This document shows, in pieces, positions 31,183 through 40,882 of a stretch of 64,000 bases of DNA. Origin of the DNA: an uncultured delta proteobacterium (GTDB taxonomy: Bacteria > Desulfobacterota > Desulfomonilia > UBA1062); assembly GCA_963785235.1 (NCBI GenBank), contig CAWAUM010000013.1:1-64000 (forward strand). The letters run 5' to 3'. A program made the position numbers and the translations under genes. A model generated the notes under the pieces. The model made no database searches. It was not told the origin of the DNA and saw nothing but the letters and a program-made list of their open reading frames with translations. Within the stretch, counting starts at the first letter, position 1; the number at the start of each line of letters is the position of its first letter.

Positions 31183-31213
31183 ATAGGCAGGGTCACTAAA
31201 AAGACCTGCCTAT
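31183..31213 (+). terminator. intrinsic terminator
   Basis: ATAGGCAGG-GTC...GAC-CTGCCTAT followed by a T-rich tract. Confidence 0.65.
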
Positions 31214-31320
31214 TCTTATGTTTTGGATACCTTCTTCAAAGATTTAAATCCTGATCACTGTCGAGATTCTTTACAACAAGACATAAGAGAATCAATTCGA
31301 TTCATGTTTTTATATAAATC

Positions 31321-31420
31321 GTTGATCTCTGCGATAGATGGATGCTTATGAAATGACTGGAAACCGTTAATCTTGAAATTTAATCTATGAAAAGTACAGA
31401 CCAGTTCTGATTGTAACACG
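31321..31420 (+). repeat. dispersed repeat family A, copy 2
   Basis: GTTGATCTCTGCGATAGATGGATGCTTATGAAATGACTGGAAACCGTTAATCTTGAAA, closely matching 33998-34100. Confidence 0.8.
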
Positions 31421-31477
31421 TAATCTATTAGTTTTGATAATACCATCTCAGTTCGTTGGCTATGGCACCGGAAGCAA

Positions 31478-32626
31478 TCAGGCCTTCCTCCCTGTAAAAT
31501 ATTTTGACACCGCCTTCAGGGTGCCGACGATGCCGAAACGTTCAAACATAATTTTCTGATACATGGCATCTTGATTTTTAGGCGGTACATATGTTTTCTC
31601 TTTCTTATGTAACTGGTGTGCATCGTTCTTACAGACTACAAAACAGGACCCACAACCAATACATCGATCAAGATCAACGACTGCAATCTTGTCTTTCAAA
31701 GAAATGGCATCCATCGGACAACGGTCGATACATTTCTTACACCCCTTACATTTCGAAGGATCTATCGTTGCGTAATAAACCGCGCTACTCATATCTGCGG
31801 GCTTCGATTGCATTTTTACCATTTTGAGTGCGTGACAACAGTCAAAACAGCAACAACAGATGAATTGTGGTTCTCGAGCGTTTTGAGGCTGAAGGATAAA
31901 ACCCGCCTCTTCAGCATTATTCAAAATGTTTATGGCCTCTTCATTTGTAATCGGACGGCCAACGCCTCTTCCAATGCTAAAGCGTGCCGCGTCACTAAAT
32001 ACAAGACAAGTCTCACGGATGTCTGAATGACGACAGGAACCACCAACCTTCTCTGTCGACTCCCGGCAGACACAATTCATCACAGCAATATCGTCTCTTA
32101 GTCCTCCTACATATTTTTTCATATCGTTATAAGGTTCTATACGTATTTCTGGAGTAATAGCCTGACCAATAGGTATGGCACGCAGCTGAAGAGTGTTCGC
32201 GCTAAACATGTCTTTCTGGAACTTCTCTTTTGTGTACTGTTCGAAATCATGCACATAATCTTTAGTCAGTCGATTGACCTGAAACTCGAACATCCCTACA
32301 GCAAGCTGTGCCAAGCTGTATTGCTTTCCTTTCCCCTTGGATTCAAACGCACGCCCACCCATAATGGCACCTTTCTGAACAAGGTTGTCCAGCACCGTCT
32401 CCAATTCTGTTGGAGTGATTGTAATGCCACTTTTCTGTACCCGCCTGTGTATCCGGCTGATAGTTTCTGGAAGGATGTTCAGATTTAGTGCGATTTCCGC
32501 CTCGACAGGCGTAAAAAGATGTTTTAGAAGTCTTAGTTCTACTCCAGACGCGGTTTCTGAGAATGGTATCGGCATCTTGTTAATCTCTTCACGTAATTTA
32601 CAATATACGTCATCTTGATTAACCAT
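31478..32626 (-). CDS. 4Fe-4S dicluster-domain protein (N-terminal HTH-like region)
   Basis: LFTPVEA, C.CR, ICCCCFDCC, two CxxCxxCxxxC motifs. Confidence 0.85.
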   Translation of the reverse strand: MVNQDDVYCKLREEINKMPIPFSETASGVELRLLKHLFTPVEAEIALNLNILPETISRIHRRVQKSGITITPTELETVLDNLVQKGAIMGGRAFESKGKGKQYSLAQLAVGMFEFQVNRLTKDYVHDFEQYTKEKFQKDMFSANTLQLRAIPIGQAITPEIRIEPYNDMKKYVGGLRDDIAVMNCVCRESTEKVGGSCRHSDIRETCLVFSDAARFSIGRGVGRPITNEEAINILNNAEEAGFILQPQNAREPQFICCCCFDCCHALKMVKMQSKPADMSSAVYYATIDPSKCKGCKKCIDRCPMDAISLKDKIAVVDLDRCIGCGSCFVVCKNDAHQLHKKEKTYVPPKNQDAMYQKIMFERFGIVGTLKAVSKYFTGRKA

Positions 32627-32829
32627 ACGATCCTCCTTTTTTCTCTCTTAATGTTCACGCTACCATTGAAGCTTACTGACAACACCTTCATTACTTAACT
32701 TATCTGAGTCAGAAAAAGTGCAGATTACCATTCGAGCTGAGTTCGGGGATACTGCCGGAGGGTTATTTCTATCCCAGGGAAGAACACCCGGTACGGGATC
32801 TCTTGCGGAAACACTCCTATCTCGAAAGA

Positions 32830-32890
32830 CTGCGAACATCACCGTGACAAGGCGGCGGTCAGATTCGATGTGATCGTTATCGCTCAAAGA
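32830..32890 (-). pseudogene. short remnant resembling a class III adenylate/guanylate cyclase N-terminus
   Basis: ESDRRLVTVMFA, after which similarity is lost. Confidence 0.35.
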
Positions 32891-33032
32891 CTCCCCCTCG
32901 TACAAAAAGAAAGGGCTCTCTAGGTTGCTAGGAAAATCTCGTTGGATGAATCAGCTATAGCGTTAATTATAAAGCCTTGTGGTTAAATTACAAGACCAAA
33001 GCATTCTACATAGGGATGCTTACTTGTGGAGC

Positions 33033-33140
33033 GTTGATCTCTGCGATAAATGAGTGTTTTGAAGATGCCATAAATCTGATGATCTGCTGATGTAACCTAT
33101 TCTAAGAGCCGCCTCATCACTGACCACGCATAATGGCACG
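33033..33140 (+). repeat. dispersed repeat family A, copy 3
   Basis: GTTGATCTCTGCGATAAATG...GATGATCTG...TAATGGCAC. Confidence 0.65.
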
Positions 33141-33298
33141 AAAGCTATTGTTTAAGTATATTAACAGCATAATGTCTTGCACTCAATATCTGGATATACT
33201 GCAATTGTGCTACGGATAACAATGGTGTTATATTGCAAAAGTTCAGTATAGTAATACGTTAGCTGGATGCTTCGCGCAAAATAAGGAGATTTCTGAAT

Positions 33299-33931
33299 AT
33301 GAATATTCGCTTAGAAACTATAGATGATTACTCTCAAGTAGAAGAACTTACACGAGAAACTTTCTGGAACTTATATACTCCAGGATGTGACGAACACTAT
33401 TTATGCCATATACTGCGAGAGCATAAAGACTTTATAGAAGAGCTAGATTATGTAGTAGAACTCAACGGAAATATTATTGCTTCTATTATGTATACAGATT
33501 CATTTTTAATAAGTGATGACCAAGAGAAAGTACAAATTGTATCTTTTGGACCTCTATGTGTTCATCCGGATCATCAGAGAAAAGGGATTGGTACTGCATT
33601 AATTGAAAAAACGACGTCCCTAGTTAAAAATATGGGTATTCCAGCGATTATTATTTACGGAGATCCACATAATTACTGCAAACATGGATTTAAGAATGGA
33701 ATAGACTACCAAGTAAGCAATATGAATGGTGAGTACCCACTGGGATTACTCGTTCTCGAGCTTCAGACGGGATTCTTTGGTAATAAAAAATGGAAGATTA
33801 AACAAAGTGATGTATTCGATTTTGATCATGAGGAAGTTATTGAATTCGATAAAAGATTTCCAGAAAAAGAAAAAAAATACAAATACAGTCAGGAATTATT
33901 CAAAATGAACATTAGAGCTTTCTTACAGTAG
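33299..33931 (+). CDS. GNAT-family N-acetyltransferase
   Basis: IRLET..D, FWN...PGCDEHY, GPLCVHPDHQRKGIG, YGDP..Y...GF; AAGGAG RBS. Confidence 0.92.
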   Translation: MNIRLETIDDYSQVEELTRETFWNLYTPGCDEHYLCHILREHKDFIEELDYVVELNGNIIASIMYTDSFLISDDQEKVQIVSFGPLCVHPDHQRKGIGTALIEKTTSLVKNMGIPAIIIYGDPHNYCKHGFKNGIDYQVSNMNGEYPLGLLVLELQTGFFGNKKWKIKQSDVFDFDHEEVIEFDKRFPEKEKKYKYSQELFKMNIRAFLQ

Positions 33932-33935
33932 CTTC

Positions 33936-33992
33936 AGCTAACCAATGCATCCACCGGACGGCTGACGCCGCCGGTGATGCCCGTTGTTACCC
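33936..33992 (+). mobile_element. attC site (57 bp)
   Basis: R'' AGCTAAC, 5-nt spacer, L'' CATCCACC (extra base), L' GGTGATG, R' GTTACCC. Confidence 0.82.
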
Positions 33993-33997
33993 AATGT

Positions 33998-34100
33998 GAT
34001 GATCTCTGCGATAGATGCGTGCTTATGAAATGCCTGGAAACCATTAATCTTGAAAAATAATCTACGATGAAATTAAGGCCAGGCCTGAGTGTAACACTTG
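33998..34100 (+). repeat. dispersed repeat family A, copy 4
   Basis: GATCTCTGCGATAGATGCGTGCTTATGAAATGCCTGGAAACCATTAATCTTGAAA. Confidence 0.8.
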
Positions 34101-34290
34101 GCACCGTTATCTTCATTTTATCATCCTGAGCTAAGGTATCGAGCTGTCGATATATTTTACAATGAAGATAATAATATTAATATAATATAATTAAATAGAT
34201 AGAAGTTGAATGATTAATCAGACTGTCGGGCAACTTTACACTTCACATAAACCTGGTAAATAAATTAATTAATATAAGATAGTTGGACGC

Positions 34291-34306
34291 TGGCACATAA
34301 TCTGCA
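34291..34306 (+). promoter_or_regulatory. sigma54 promoter upstream of the PilZ gene
   Basis: TGGCACATAATCTGCA (GG-N10-GC). Confidence 0.6.
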
Positions 34307-34366
34307 AAATATTATTCTAAGGATATCCGGATATCCTCGATATATCACCACTGTCCTAGAATAAAA

Positions 34367-34705
34367 GTGGGGTCACGTGTGATAGAAAAAAGAAAATATA
34401 AAAGGGCAAAAGTAAAGATAAAGGCCTGTTATAGCGAGGGTGCCTATACCAATGTAATAGCCAATGTCATTGATATAAGTAAGGGCGGCATGTATGTGCA
34501 GGATGGATATGCCCCAGAAGTCAAAGAAAACCTGGTAGCAAGCCTTGATGCTGAGGATTTAGGCAAGGTCATATGGGTGGAGGGCCGTGTTGTCAGGAAG
34601 ACTAGCGATGGCATTGGGGTATTGTTCACAAACACTGATGAGAAGGATTTAGACAACCTGCTGATTCTCTATGAGCGCCATGTTCTGATATCTCGGAGAC
34701 AATGA
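34367..34705 (+). CDS. PilZ-domain protein
   Basis: EKRKYKR (RxxxR), DISKGG (DxSxxG), GRVVR...GIGVLF. Confidence 0.88.
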   Translation: MGSRVIEKRKYKRAKVKIKACYSEGAYTNVIANVIDISKGGMYVQDGYAPEVKENLVASLDAEDLGKVIWVEGRVVRKTSDGIGVLFTNTDEKDLDNLLILYERHVLISRRQ

Positions 34706-34798
34706 TAAAATCGTGTCATCCAGAGACAATTTTCCATTACCTGTGATTTCTGTAATATCTTCTCGGTTTAATGAATTCCAAATACTGAAGATCATGGG

Positions 34799-36286
34799 TT
34801 AAAACATACGAAGACTATTACTGCATGCGTGAGTGTTGCTCCTGATCTTGCCTCTCAAGGTGAATCGGTCAAGCCGTTTGTGGGTTCGGATATTTGCGAA
34901 TACCGGCTCCACGATGGCCATCCTCTGCGGATAGATCCTGCGACCCTTCTCGCTCTCGATCTTCTCTATCATGACCTTGGTGAGGTTGTTGCCATCCGGC
35001 CCGATGGGCACTGCTCAAGGTTCTTCGGACCACGGCCTTTCCCATGGATGCATTTACTCTCTTACCGTGCAACCTCTGGCAGTCCTGCTCCTGTGCACCA
35101 TACACTCGATAGAGTTACCCGGTACACCGATGGCTCTTTCACTTTCAGACTCAACATCTTTCCATTGGGACACTCATACTGATTTCTCTCTTCATCATAG
35201 AGGAAGTCATTCAGCCCATAATGTGTCCTGACCGAACGCCCCTTCCTCCCCTTGAACCGGGGATCCCTTGTGCGGAACCTCTTGTCCGGTATGTACGCAT
35301 CAATCTCCTCATCCATGCATTTCTGGATATTCATCTTGCTGTGGTAACCGCTGTCTGCTGTGAACGTTGTCCCTTTAAAATAATCCCGGGAGAGACCGAT
35401 CTTATCCAGGTTCTCCATGGCCCCATCCAGCATCGGAGGAACAAGATCATGATCATGACCAGCACCAAATGCCTCTGCATGAACGATCACCTGTCTCTTC
35501 GAGTCCACAAGCGCCTGGCCGTTATACCCCTGGATAGTCCCATTGGAGGAGACCATCTTCGATGACTCGTTGTCCGTCATGTTGCTCTTGATCTCCTTGC
35601 CCTTTACCCCGAGTCGCTCCCCGTTCTCCTTCAGCCACGCCTCGATCCGGTCTGCCTGCTTCTTCAGCTTCTCGATCTGCCTGCCACGATAGGAGCGATC
35701 ATCAGGGGGAGTTGTATCATCATCGTCCTTCCGGTCTTCCTCCTCCTGCTCCTTCAGCAATACCTTCACCTTCTCCTCAAGCTTTTCCCGCTTCGCCTTC
35801 AACTCAGATACCGTCCTGCTCCACTGCGGGGAGGCATTGCATTTTAAGCTTGCACCCGTCCAGTGCGAAGAACGTCCCCCCAAGCAGGTTCATCTCCTCG
35901 CAGACCAGCAGCACATCCCTGAAACAGCGGAAGAATCTCATCCTTCATGGATCTCACGAAGGTCGATATCGTGCTGTGGTCAGGATACTGCCCACAGCTA
36001 AAGCGCCATGAACACCACGTTCTCCTTGCATGCCTGCTCTATCTTCCTCGATGATATCAGTCCTCTGGAATACCCGAGCAGACACCACCTTCAGCAGTAT
36101 CCGGGGATCGTATGCCCGCCGTCCTGTCTCATCATTCCGGTACTTCTCATCGAACAGGCTCACGTCCATCCGCTCATCCACGAGCGTATGAATCGCATAC
36201 TCCAGGCTGCCCGGCATCAGCTGTTCCTTGAGCGAAACAGGTATCAGCATGTCCTGTGCATAGGTGTAAGGTTTATACTTGGCCAT
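34799..36286 (-). mobile_element. IS1182-family transposase, fragmented and 3'-truncated
   Basis: GRRAYDPRILLK (DUF772-like), TDNES..M..GYNGQ, ADSGY, VEPVFANIR...RFTLRG; several frameshifts; terminal repeats not identified. Confidence 0.85.
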
Positions 36287-36818
36287 GGTGTCCTTTCGTT
36301 TCAGGAATCGGGAGAATAAGATAGAAATCTTTCCCTTGAAGACAATCTCATTATATCACATAACATATTGATAATAAAGAGCTAATTAACTTTTTTATGA
36401 TAATAATTGATCTGTTTAGATCTTCTAAACTCTTGGATTTTTTTAAATAAATAATCTTCATAAAACATTTGCGTAAGGAAGATTTTTCAACATTTCGCAC
36501 GGAAGTTACACTTTTTTATCAATCAATATCTGCATAGTTTTCGAGACATAATCAACGGTTTCTAAGGATAGGGGAGCCGATAATTTTATTGCATTATCAT
36601 AAGTCTGAGAAAAGTGAAGATTATTGGACATAATCTCTTATTCTTCCGCTGATAGATATCATTCAAGTATCTAATCTTTGCAGGCCAGCATTGGAGCTCA
36701 CATATATTACAGAAACCAAAGCTTTTGCAAAAGTGTCAGTGGCTTATAGAAATATGCACTTTGGTTGTCTATTCTGTAAGTTGAGATAGGCAAAGGTATC
36801 ATCGGTTCTGGATTTCCA

Positions 36819-37062
36819 CGCCACGCTGCAGTTGCGGCCGGACTGGGAAACTCCGTGTGAAACAACCTCATCATTCATCAGCGACTGGGTCCCTAAGTGA
36901 TCTTCCTCACCATACTGACCGACCTCGGGCTGCCACCGGACCCTCCTATTACCAAGGATCTCTGCATCCATTGCAACATCTGTGTGGAGAACTGCCCCGG
37001 AAGGGCGCTCGATTGAGAGAAAAAGATAGACAAATTCAAGTGCATGAAATTTTCACAGCCCT
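36819..37062 (+). pseudogene. epoxyqueuosine-reductase-like / 4Fe-4S protein remnant
   Basis: RHAAVAAGLG..*NNLIIH..LGP*...ILTD...LCIHCNICVENCPGRALD*...KC; three in-frame stops. Confidence 0.75.
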
Positions 37063-37144
37063 CTGCGCTGGGACGGAATATATAAACTGTCGTTAATAGA
37101 TGACCCTAAACCGACATGTCTTCCTTGCTTCTGACGTTTTCTTG

Positions 37145-37726
37145 CTAAAAGAATTTTTCAAATATCTTTTCAAGGTCATTAAAGTATTCCATGTCATTGG
37201 TCAAACGCCACATGGTCGTAGCACCTTCTGTAAGGTATATCATCCTTCTGGATAATTCTCTGATGTCGACATCCTCATTTATTTTTTTGTTTTTCTGAAG
37301 ACCGGATAAAAACTCGCATAAAAGGTCTTCCCATCCCTTTATTATATTTCTAAATTTTTCATCGAATTTTTCATCCAGTTCTCCAGACATGCTAAACCTT
37401 GCATTGGCTATCGGACAGCCATTATAATTTTTCAATATTTGAATGCCGGCTTTAACCGTGGATACGCTTTTATTTATAAATTCCTGGATAGTCGAACTTG
37501 AATCCATTATGGATTTCAGCCTTGCCATGGATTCATTATTGTATGAAATAAGACATTCATAAATAAGATCATCTTTTGACGGGAAATACTGGTAAAAGCT
37601 AGCTTTTGCAACCTTGGATTCTTTTATGATCTGGTTTATGCCTGTACTGTTGATTCCCTGGATGTAAAAAAGCTCTAAAGCTTTTATGATGATCCTATTT
37701 CTTACATTTGTTTCCATAATTACCAT
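37145..37726 (-). CDS. TetR/AcrR family regulator
   Basis: ALELFY.QG...TGINQII..S.VAKASFYQYFPSKDDL, GCP. Confidence 0.92.
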   Translation of the reverse strand: MVIMETNVRNRIIIKALELFYIQGINSTGINQIIKESKVAKASFYQYFPSKDDLIYECLISYNNESMARLKSIMDSSSTIQEFINKSVSTVKAGIQILKNYNGCPIANARFSMSGELDEKFDEKFRNIIKGWEDLLCEFLSGLQKNKKINEDVDIRELSRRMIYLTEGATTMWRLTNDMEYFNDLEKIFEKFF

Positions 37727-37782
37727 TTATAATGAATCAATTATTATCTCACGCAATAATTTTTAGGAACCATAATTTATTC

Positions 37783-37813
37783 TTGACAACGGACAGACAA
37801 GTCTGTCTAGTGT
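37783..37813 (+). promoter_or_regulatory. sigma70-type promoter with overlapping palindromic operator (likely TetR site)
   Basis: TTGACA at 37783; palindrome GACAGACAAGTCTGTC at 37792-37807 between divergent tetR and nitroreductase. Confidence 0.7.
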
Positions 37814-37864
37814 AAATAACAATACAATAAATAAGTTACTTCGGAAAGCAACTTTTTAATAAAA

Positions 37865-38746
37865 ATGGAGGTGCAGACCATGTTATTATCAAAACCCGTT
37901 ACTGATATTATCCGTAAGAGGTTCTCCGTAAGATCGTACATAAACGATCCCATTGAGGAAAATAAAAAAAAGAAATTAAGGGGATTTTTCCTCGAAAATA
38001 TCTCGGGACCACTGGGGTCCCAGGCGAGGTTTATACTGGTTTCGGCTTCATTGGAAGACAGGGAGGAGCTCAAAGGTCTGATATCATACGGAATGATACG
38101 GAACGTCCCCGGGTTTATCATAGGAGCTACAGGGTATGGCGAAAAAAATCTCGAGGATTTCGGGTATATGATGGAGAAGAACATCCTTATGGCGACTGAT
38201 ATGGAACTCGGCACCTGCTGGCTAGGCGCTACTTTCAATAGCAGCGGTTTTGCCAGGAAGATAAACCGCAGGGAAGACGAGATCGTTCCTGCGGTATGCG
38301 CTATAGGAAATCACAGGGAAAAAAGGACTGCATGGGAAAAAATAGTCCGAACAACCCTTGGTTCTGACAGACGCAAACCATGGGATGATCTTTTCTTCAC
38401 GGAAGGCGGTGCTTTAACCAGGGAGGAGGCAGGCAGCTACTCGTTATGCCTGGATATGGTACGCATTGCGCCTTCAGCAACCAACAATCAACCGTGGAGG
38501 ATTTTGAAGATGAAAGAGAAGAATATATTTCACTTTTATCTTCAAAGAACACTTGGTTATCAGACAATATCAAAAGCCACAGATAAAGAGGACGCGCAGC
38601 GCATGGATATTGGGGTTGCGATGTGTCACTTTGAGCTCACAGCGCTCGAGGCCGGACTTTCTGGAAAATGGCAGGTTGAATATCCGGGTATCGGACTGCC
38701 ATCAGGAAATGCGGAATACGTGGTTACATGGATCAGTGGCAAGTGA
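37865..38746 (+). CDS. nitroreductase-family protein
   Basis: RKRFSVRSY, GYMME..IL.AT..LGTCWLG, RIAPSATNNQPW, DIGVAMCHF. Confidence 0.9.
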   Translation: MEVQTMLLSKPVTDIIRKRFSVRSYINDPIEENKKKKLRGFFLENISGPLGSQARFILVSASLEDREELKGLISYGMIRNVPGFIIGATGYGEKNLEDFGYMMEKNILMATDMELGTCWLGATFNSSGFARKINRREDEIVPAVCAIGNHREKRTAWEKIVRTTLGSDRRKPWDDLFFTEGGALTREEAGSYSLCLDMVRIAPSATNNQPWRILKMKEKNIFHFYLQRTLGYQTISKATDKEDAQRMDIGVAMCHFELTALEAGLSGKWQVEYPGIGLPSGNAEYVVTWISGK

Positions 38747-38941
38747 GAGAGGATGATGCCTTTTCCCGTTATGATTTAGGTCTGTCAGAGGAATATATAA
38801 TCATTATATGAACCTCATCCCCAAGAAGCACGGAGAGGAATATTGAAGTCAGGAAAATGAATGATTTCATTAAAATTGAATTTGAATCATTTCTTTTTCA
38901 TGATTCAGAACTTTTGAATACAATCTATTGAAGGAGGTTAT

Positions 38942-39334
38942 ATGCCCAAAGAGGGATATTATAAGAAAATGTTTTTTATTGGTGCTATCTGGAACTGGGT
39001 TGCAACGTTAACATTTGCAATAGGTTGGAAATTTTTATTTCCCTTGTTCGGGATGGCATTTCCAAACTATCTGGTGTTCTACATGTTGTTCCTTGGATTG
39101 TGTTTTGTCTTCGGAATTGGCTACTTCTGGGTTTCCCGTGATATATCCAGCAACCATGGCATTGTACGCATGGGGATTATCGGCAAATTGCTGGTCTTTG
39201 CCGGGTTTCTTATTGCCTGGGTAATGGGGGAAGTGCCCCTAATCATAGTGGGCTCTGGGGTTGTAGACCTAATTTTTGCCATACTGTTCATCGAGTTTCT
39301 CAAGTCATATGGAAAGATGGAGGTGCATGGATAA
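38942..39334 (+). CDS. small 4-TM membrane protein (paralog of 40883..41293)
   Basis: GAIWN, FGIGYFWVSRD...NHGIVRMG..GK, D.IFAILF; GGAGG RBS. Confidence 0.8.
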   Translation: MPKEGYYKKMFFIGAIWNWVATLTFAIGWKFLFPLFGMAFPNYLVFYMLFLGLCFVFGIGYFWVSRDISSNHGIVRMGIIGKLLVFAGFLIAWVMGEVPLIIVGSGVVDLIFAILFIEFLKSYGKMEVHG

Positions 39335-39536
39335 AGTAATCCAGAGTATAAATTACCTTTCATAATCAACGAAAAAGAGGGGCTAAGAAAAGTGAAGATT
39401 ACATGCCAGTTATGACGTTCTGGTATGAAGTCATAGTTTTCGTATGTTTCAACACAAGATCAACGGTCTCAGTAGATTGCAAAATCTAAGGAGACTGCGA
39501 ACTAGCAGTCATCTGAAAACTTCATTAGATGTAGCG

Positions 39537-40436
39537 TCAGGAAACCATATTTCCAATAATGTCTTTGACAGGTTTGATCTCCTTTATCAGGGCACTAACT
39601 TGTCCAGCACCAGCGGGATAAAGGTCAAAATCACCTGTAGACCATGCCTTACCGGCGTTCATCATGTTGTATTCCTGTGTGAGGTCCGCACCTGCGGCCA
39701 TGAGTTTAGCCAACTTAGGATTGATAATGGTTCGCATAGCCATGCCGCCCATGGGTAACAAGGTAGTGCTTGCATCGACACAGGCTACGATAGCCTCTTT
39801 CCATGACCTGGATGCCGGACTCTCTTCGGAAGCTAATAAGGCAGTTCCTATCTGCACACCTTGAGCGCCTAGCGCCAGGGCAGCCCGGTACCCCCGACGG
39901 TCTGCGATTCCACCGGCGGCTACAACAGGCACATCGACCATGTCACAAACCAAGGGAATCAGGATCATATTGGTGGACTCAGGTCCTGTTGTGCGGAGAC
40001 CGCCTGATTCTGCTCCAGAAACAACGATCCCGTTCGCACCTGCCTCAGTGGCCTTGGCGGCTAGAGGAGCCGCAAGGATCACATGGAGGACCTTCATGCC
40101 CAGCTCTTTGATTTTTGGATATATTTTTTTAGGGGACCCTGCCGAGGTAGTCACAGTCTTAATACCAGCTTCAGCTAATACCTCGAGTATGGCATCATTG
40201 TTGGGATTCATTGCAATCATGAGATTGGCCCCAAAAGGTTTGTCGGTAAGTTCCCTGATTTCGGCAATCATCTTTCTGACCTTGCTTACATCTGAGACAA
40301 AGCCCAGAGCCAGCATACCGAATGCGCCAGCCTCGGAGACGGCTGCCACCATCTTCGGGTTGTTCAATTCACCGATGGGGCCTTGAATAATAGGATATTT
40401 ACAACCCAGGATATCTAATAGTGTGGTTTTTTCCAT
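39537..40436 (-). CDS. nitronate monooxygenase / FabK-like flavoenzyme
   Basis: YPIIQG, AAVSEAGAFG, TDKPFGANL, GAESGG, AAGGIAD, ALGAQGVQIGT, AGQV. Confidence 0.9.
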   Translation of the reverse strand: MEKTTLLDILGCKYPIIQGPIGELNNPKMVAAVSEAGAFGMLALGFVSDVSKVRKMIAEIRELTDKPFGANLMIAMNPNNDAILEVLAEAGIKTVTTSAGSPKKIYPKIKELGMKVLHVILAAPLAAKATEAGANGIVVSGAESGGLRTTGPESTNMILIPLVCDMVDVPVVAAGGIADRRGYRAALALGAQGVQIGTALLASEESPASRSWKEAIVACVDASTTLLPMGGMAMRTIINPKLAKLMAAGADLTQEYNMMNAGKAWSTGDFDLYPAGAGQVSALIKEIKPVKDIIGNMVS

Positions 40437-40597
40437 AAAGCCTCCATGAGAAACTATCGTTATCTTTCTTCAATCTGAGATTAAATCAAAAACGAATGAA
40501 TCTAACACCATGAATTAATATATAATTGAGAGAAGTTCGTTTGCAACAAAGAGATCACCTCGCATCCAAGGGCTCCTAGCTGTATATGGGGCTCCTA

Positions 40598-40861
40598 TTA
40601 TTCCAACGCTGCAGTAAAGGCTGATCCTGAATAATCTACGGTTATGGATACATTGTCGGAACTAAGACTTTTCTGTAGAGAAACATTCAATCCATTGCAA
40701 TTGAAGAGGATGTCATCGGTGTGCGGCTCATCCAGAGCTGCTTTAATAAATATCCCGGTTCAAACCGCTCCGGCAGGATATAATCTTAAAGAAGGGCGGA
40801 TAGTGTCCCTGCAAAGATTTTCGAGTTCTTTTTTCGCCTCTGGAGTAAGGTTGATCTTCAT
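40598..40861 (-). CDS. HesB/IscA-like selenoprotein (UGA at codon 34, 40762-40760)
   Basis: GAGG RBS; MKINLTPEAKKEL...LRLYPAGAV-U-TGIFIKAALDEPHTDD...GLNV...TVDY; SECIS-like hairpin GCAGCTC-TGGAT-GAGCCGC at 40741-40723. Confidence 0.75.
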
Positions 40862-40882
40862 ATATAACCTCTCATTTTGCAA

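Larger units (their letters stand above)
33258..33992 (+). mobile_element. integron-type gene cassette carrying a GNAT gene
   Basis: Starts G|TTAGCTG (33258), exactly complementary to the inverse core CAGCTAAC (33935-33942) of the downstream attC; single AT-rich ORF with no room for a promoter. Confidence 0.8.

Noticed and set aside
33134-33149. TGGCACGAAAGCTATT as a sigma54 promoter
   Set aside because: It lacks GC at -12 and lies within repeat family A.
31321-34100. Repeated sequences as a CRISPR array
   Set aside because: Copies are ~100 bp, diverged and 1-4 kb apart; there is no regular repeat-spacer structure and no cas genes.
36858-37016. In-frame TGAs in the QueG-like remnant as possible Sec
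   Set aside because: They are not at Cys positions and are accompanied by a TAA; this is decay.
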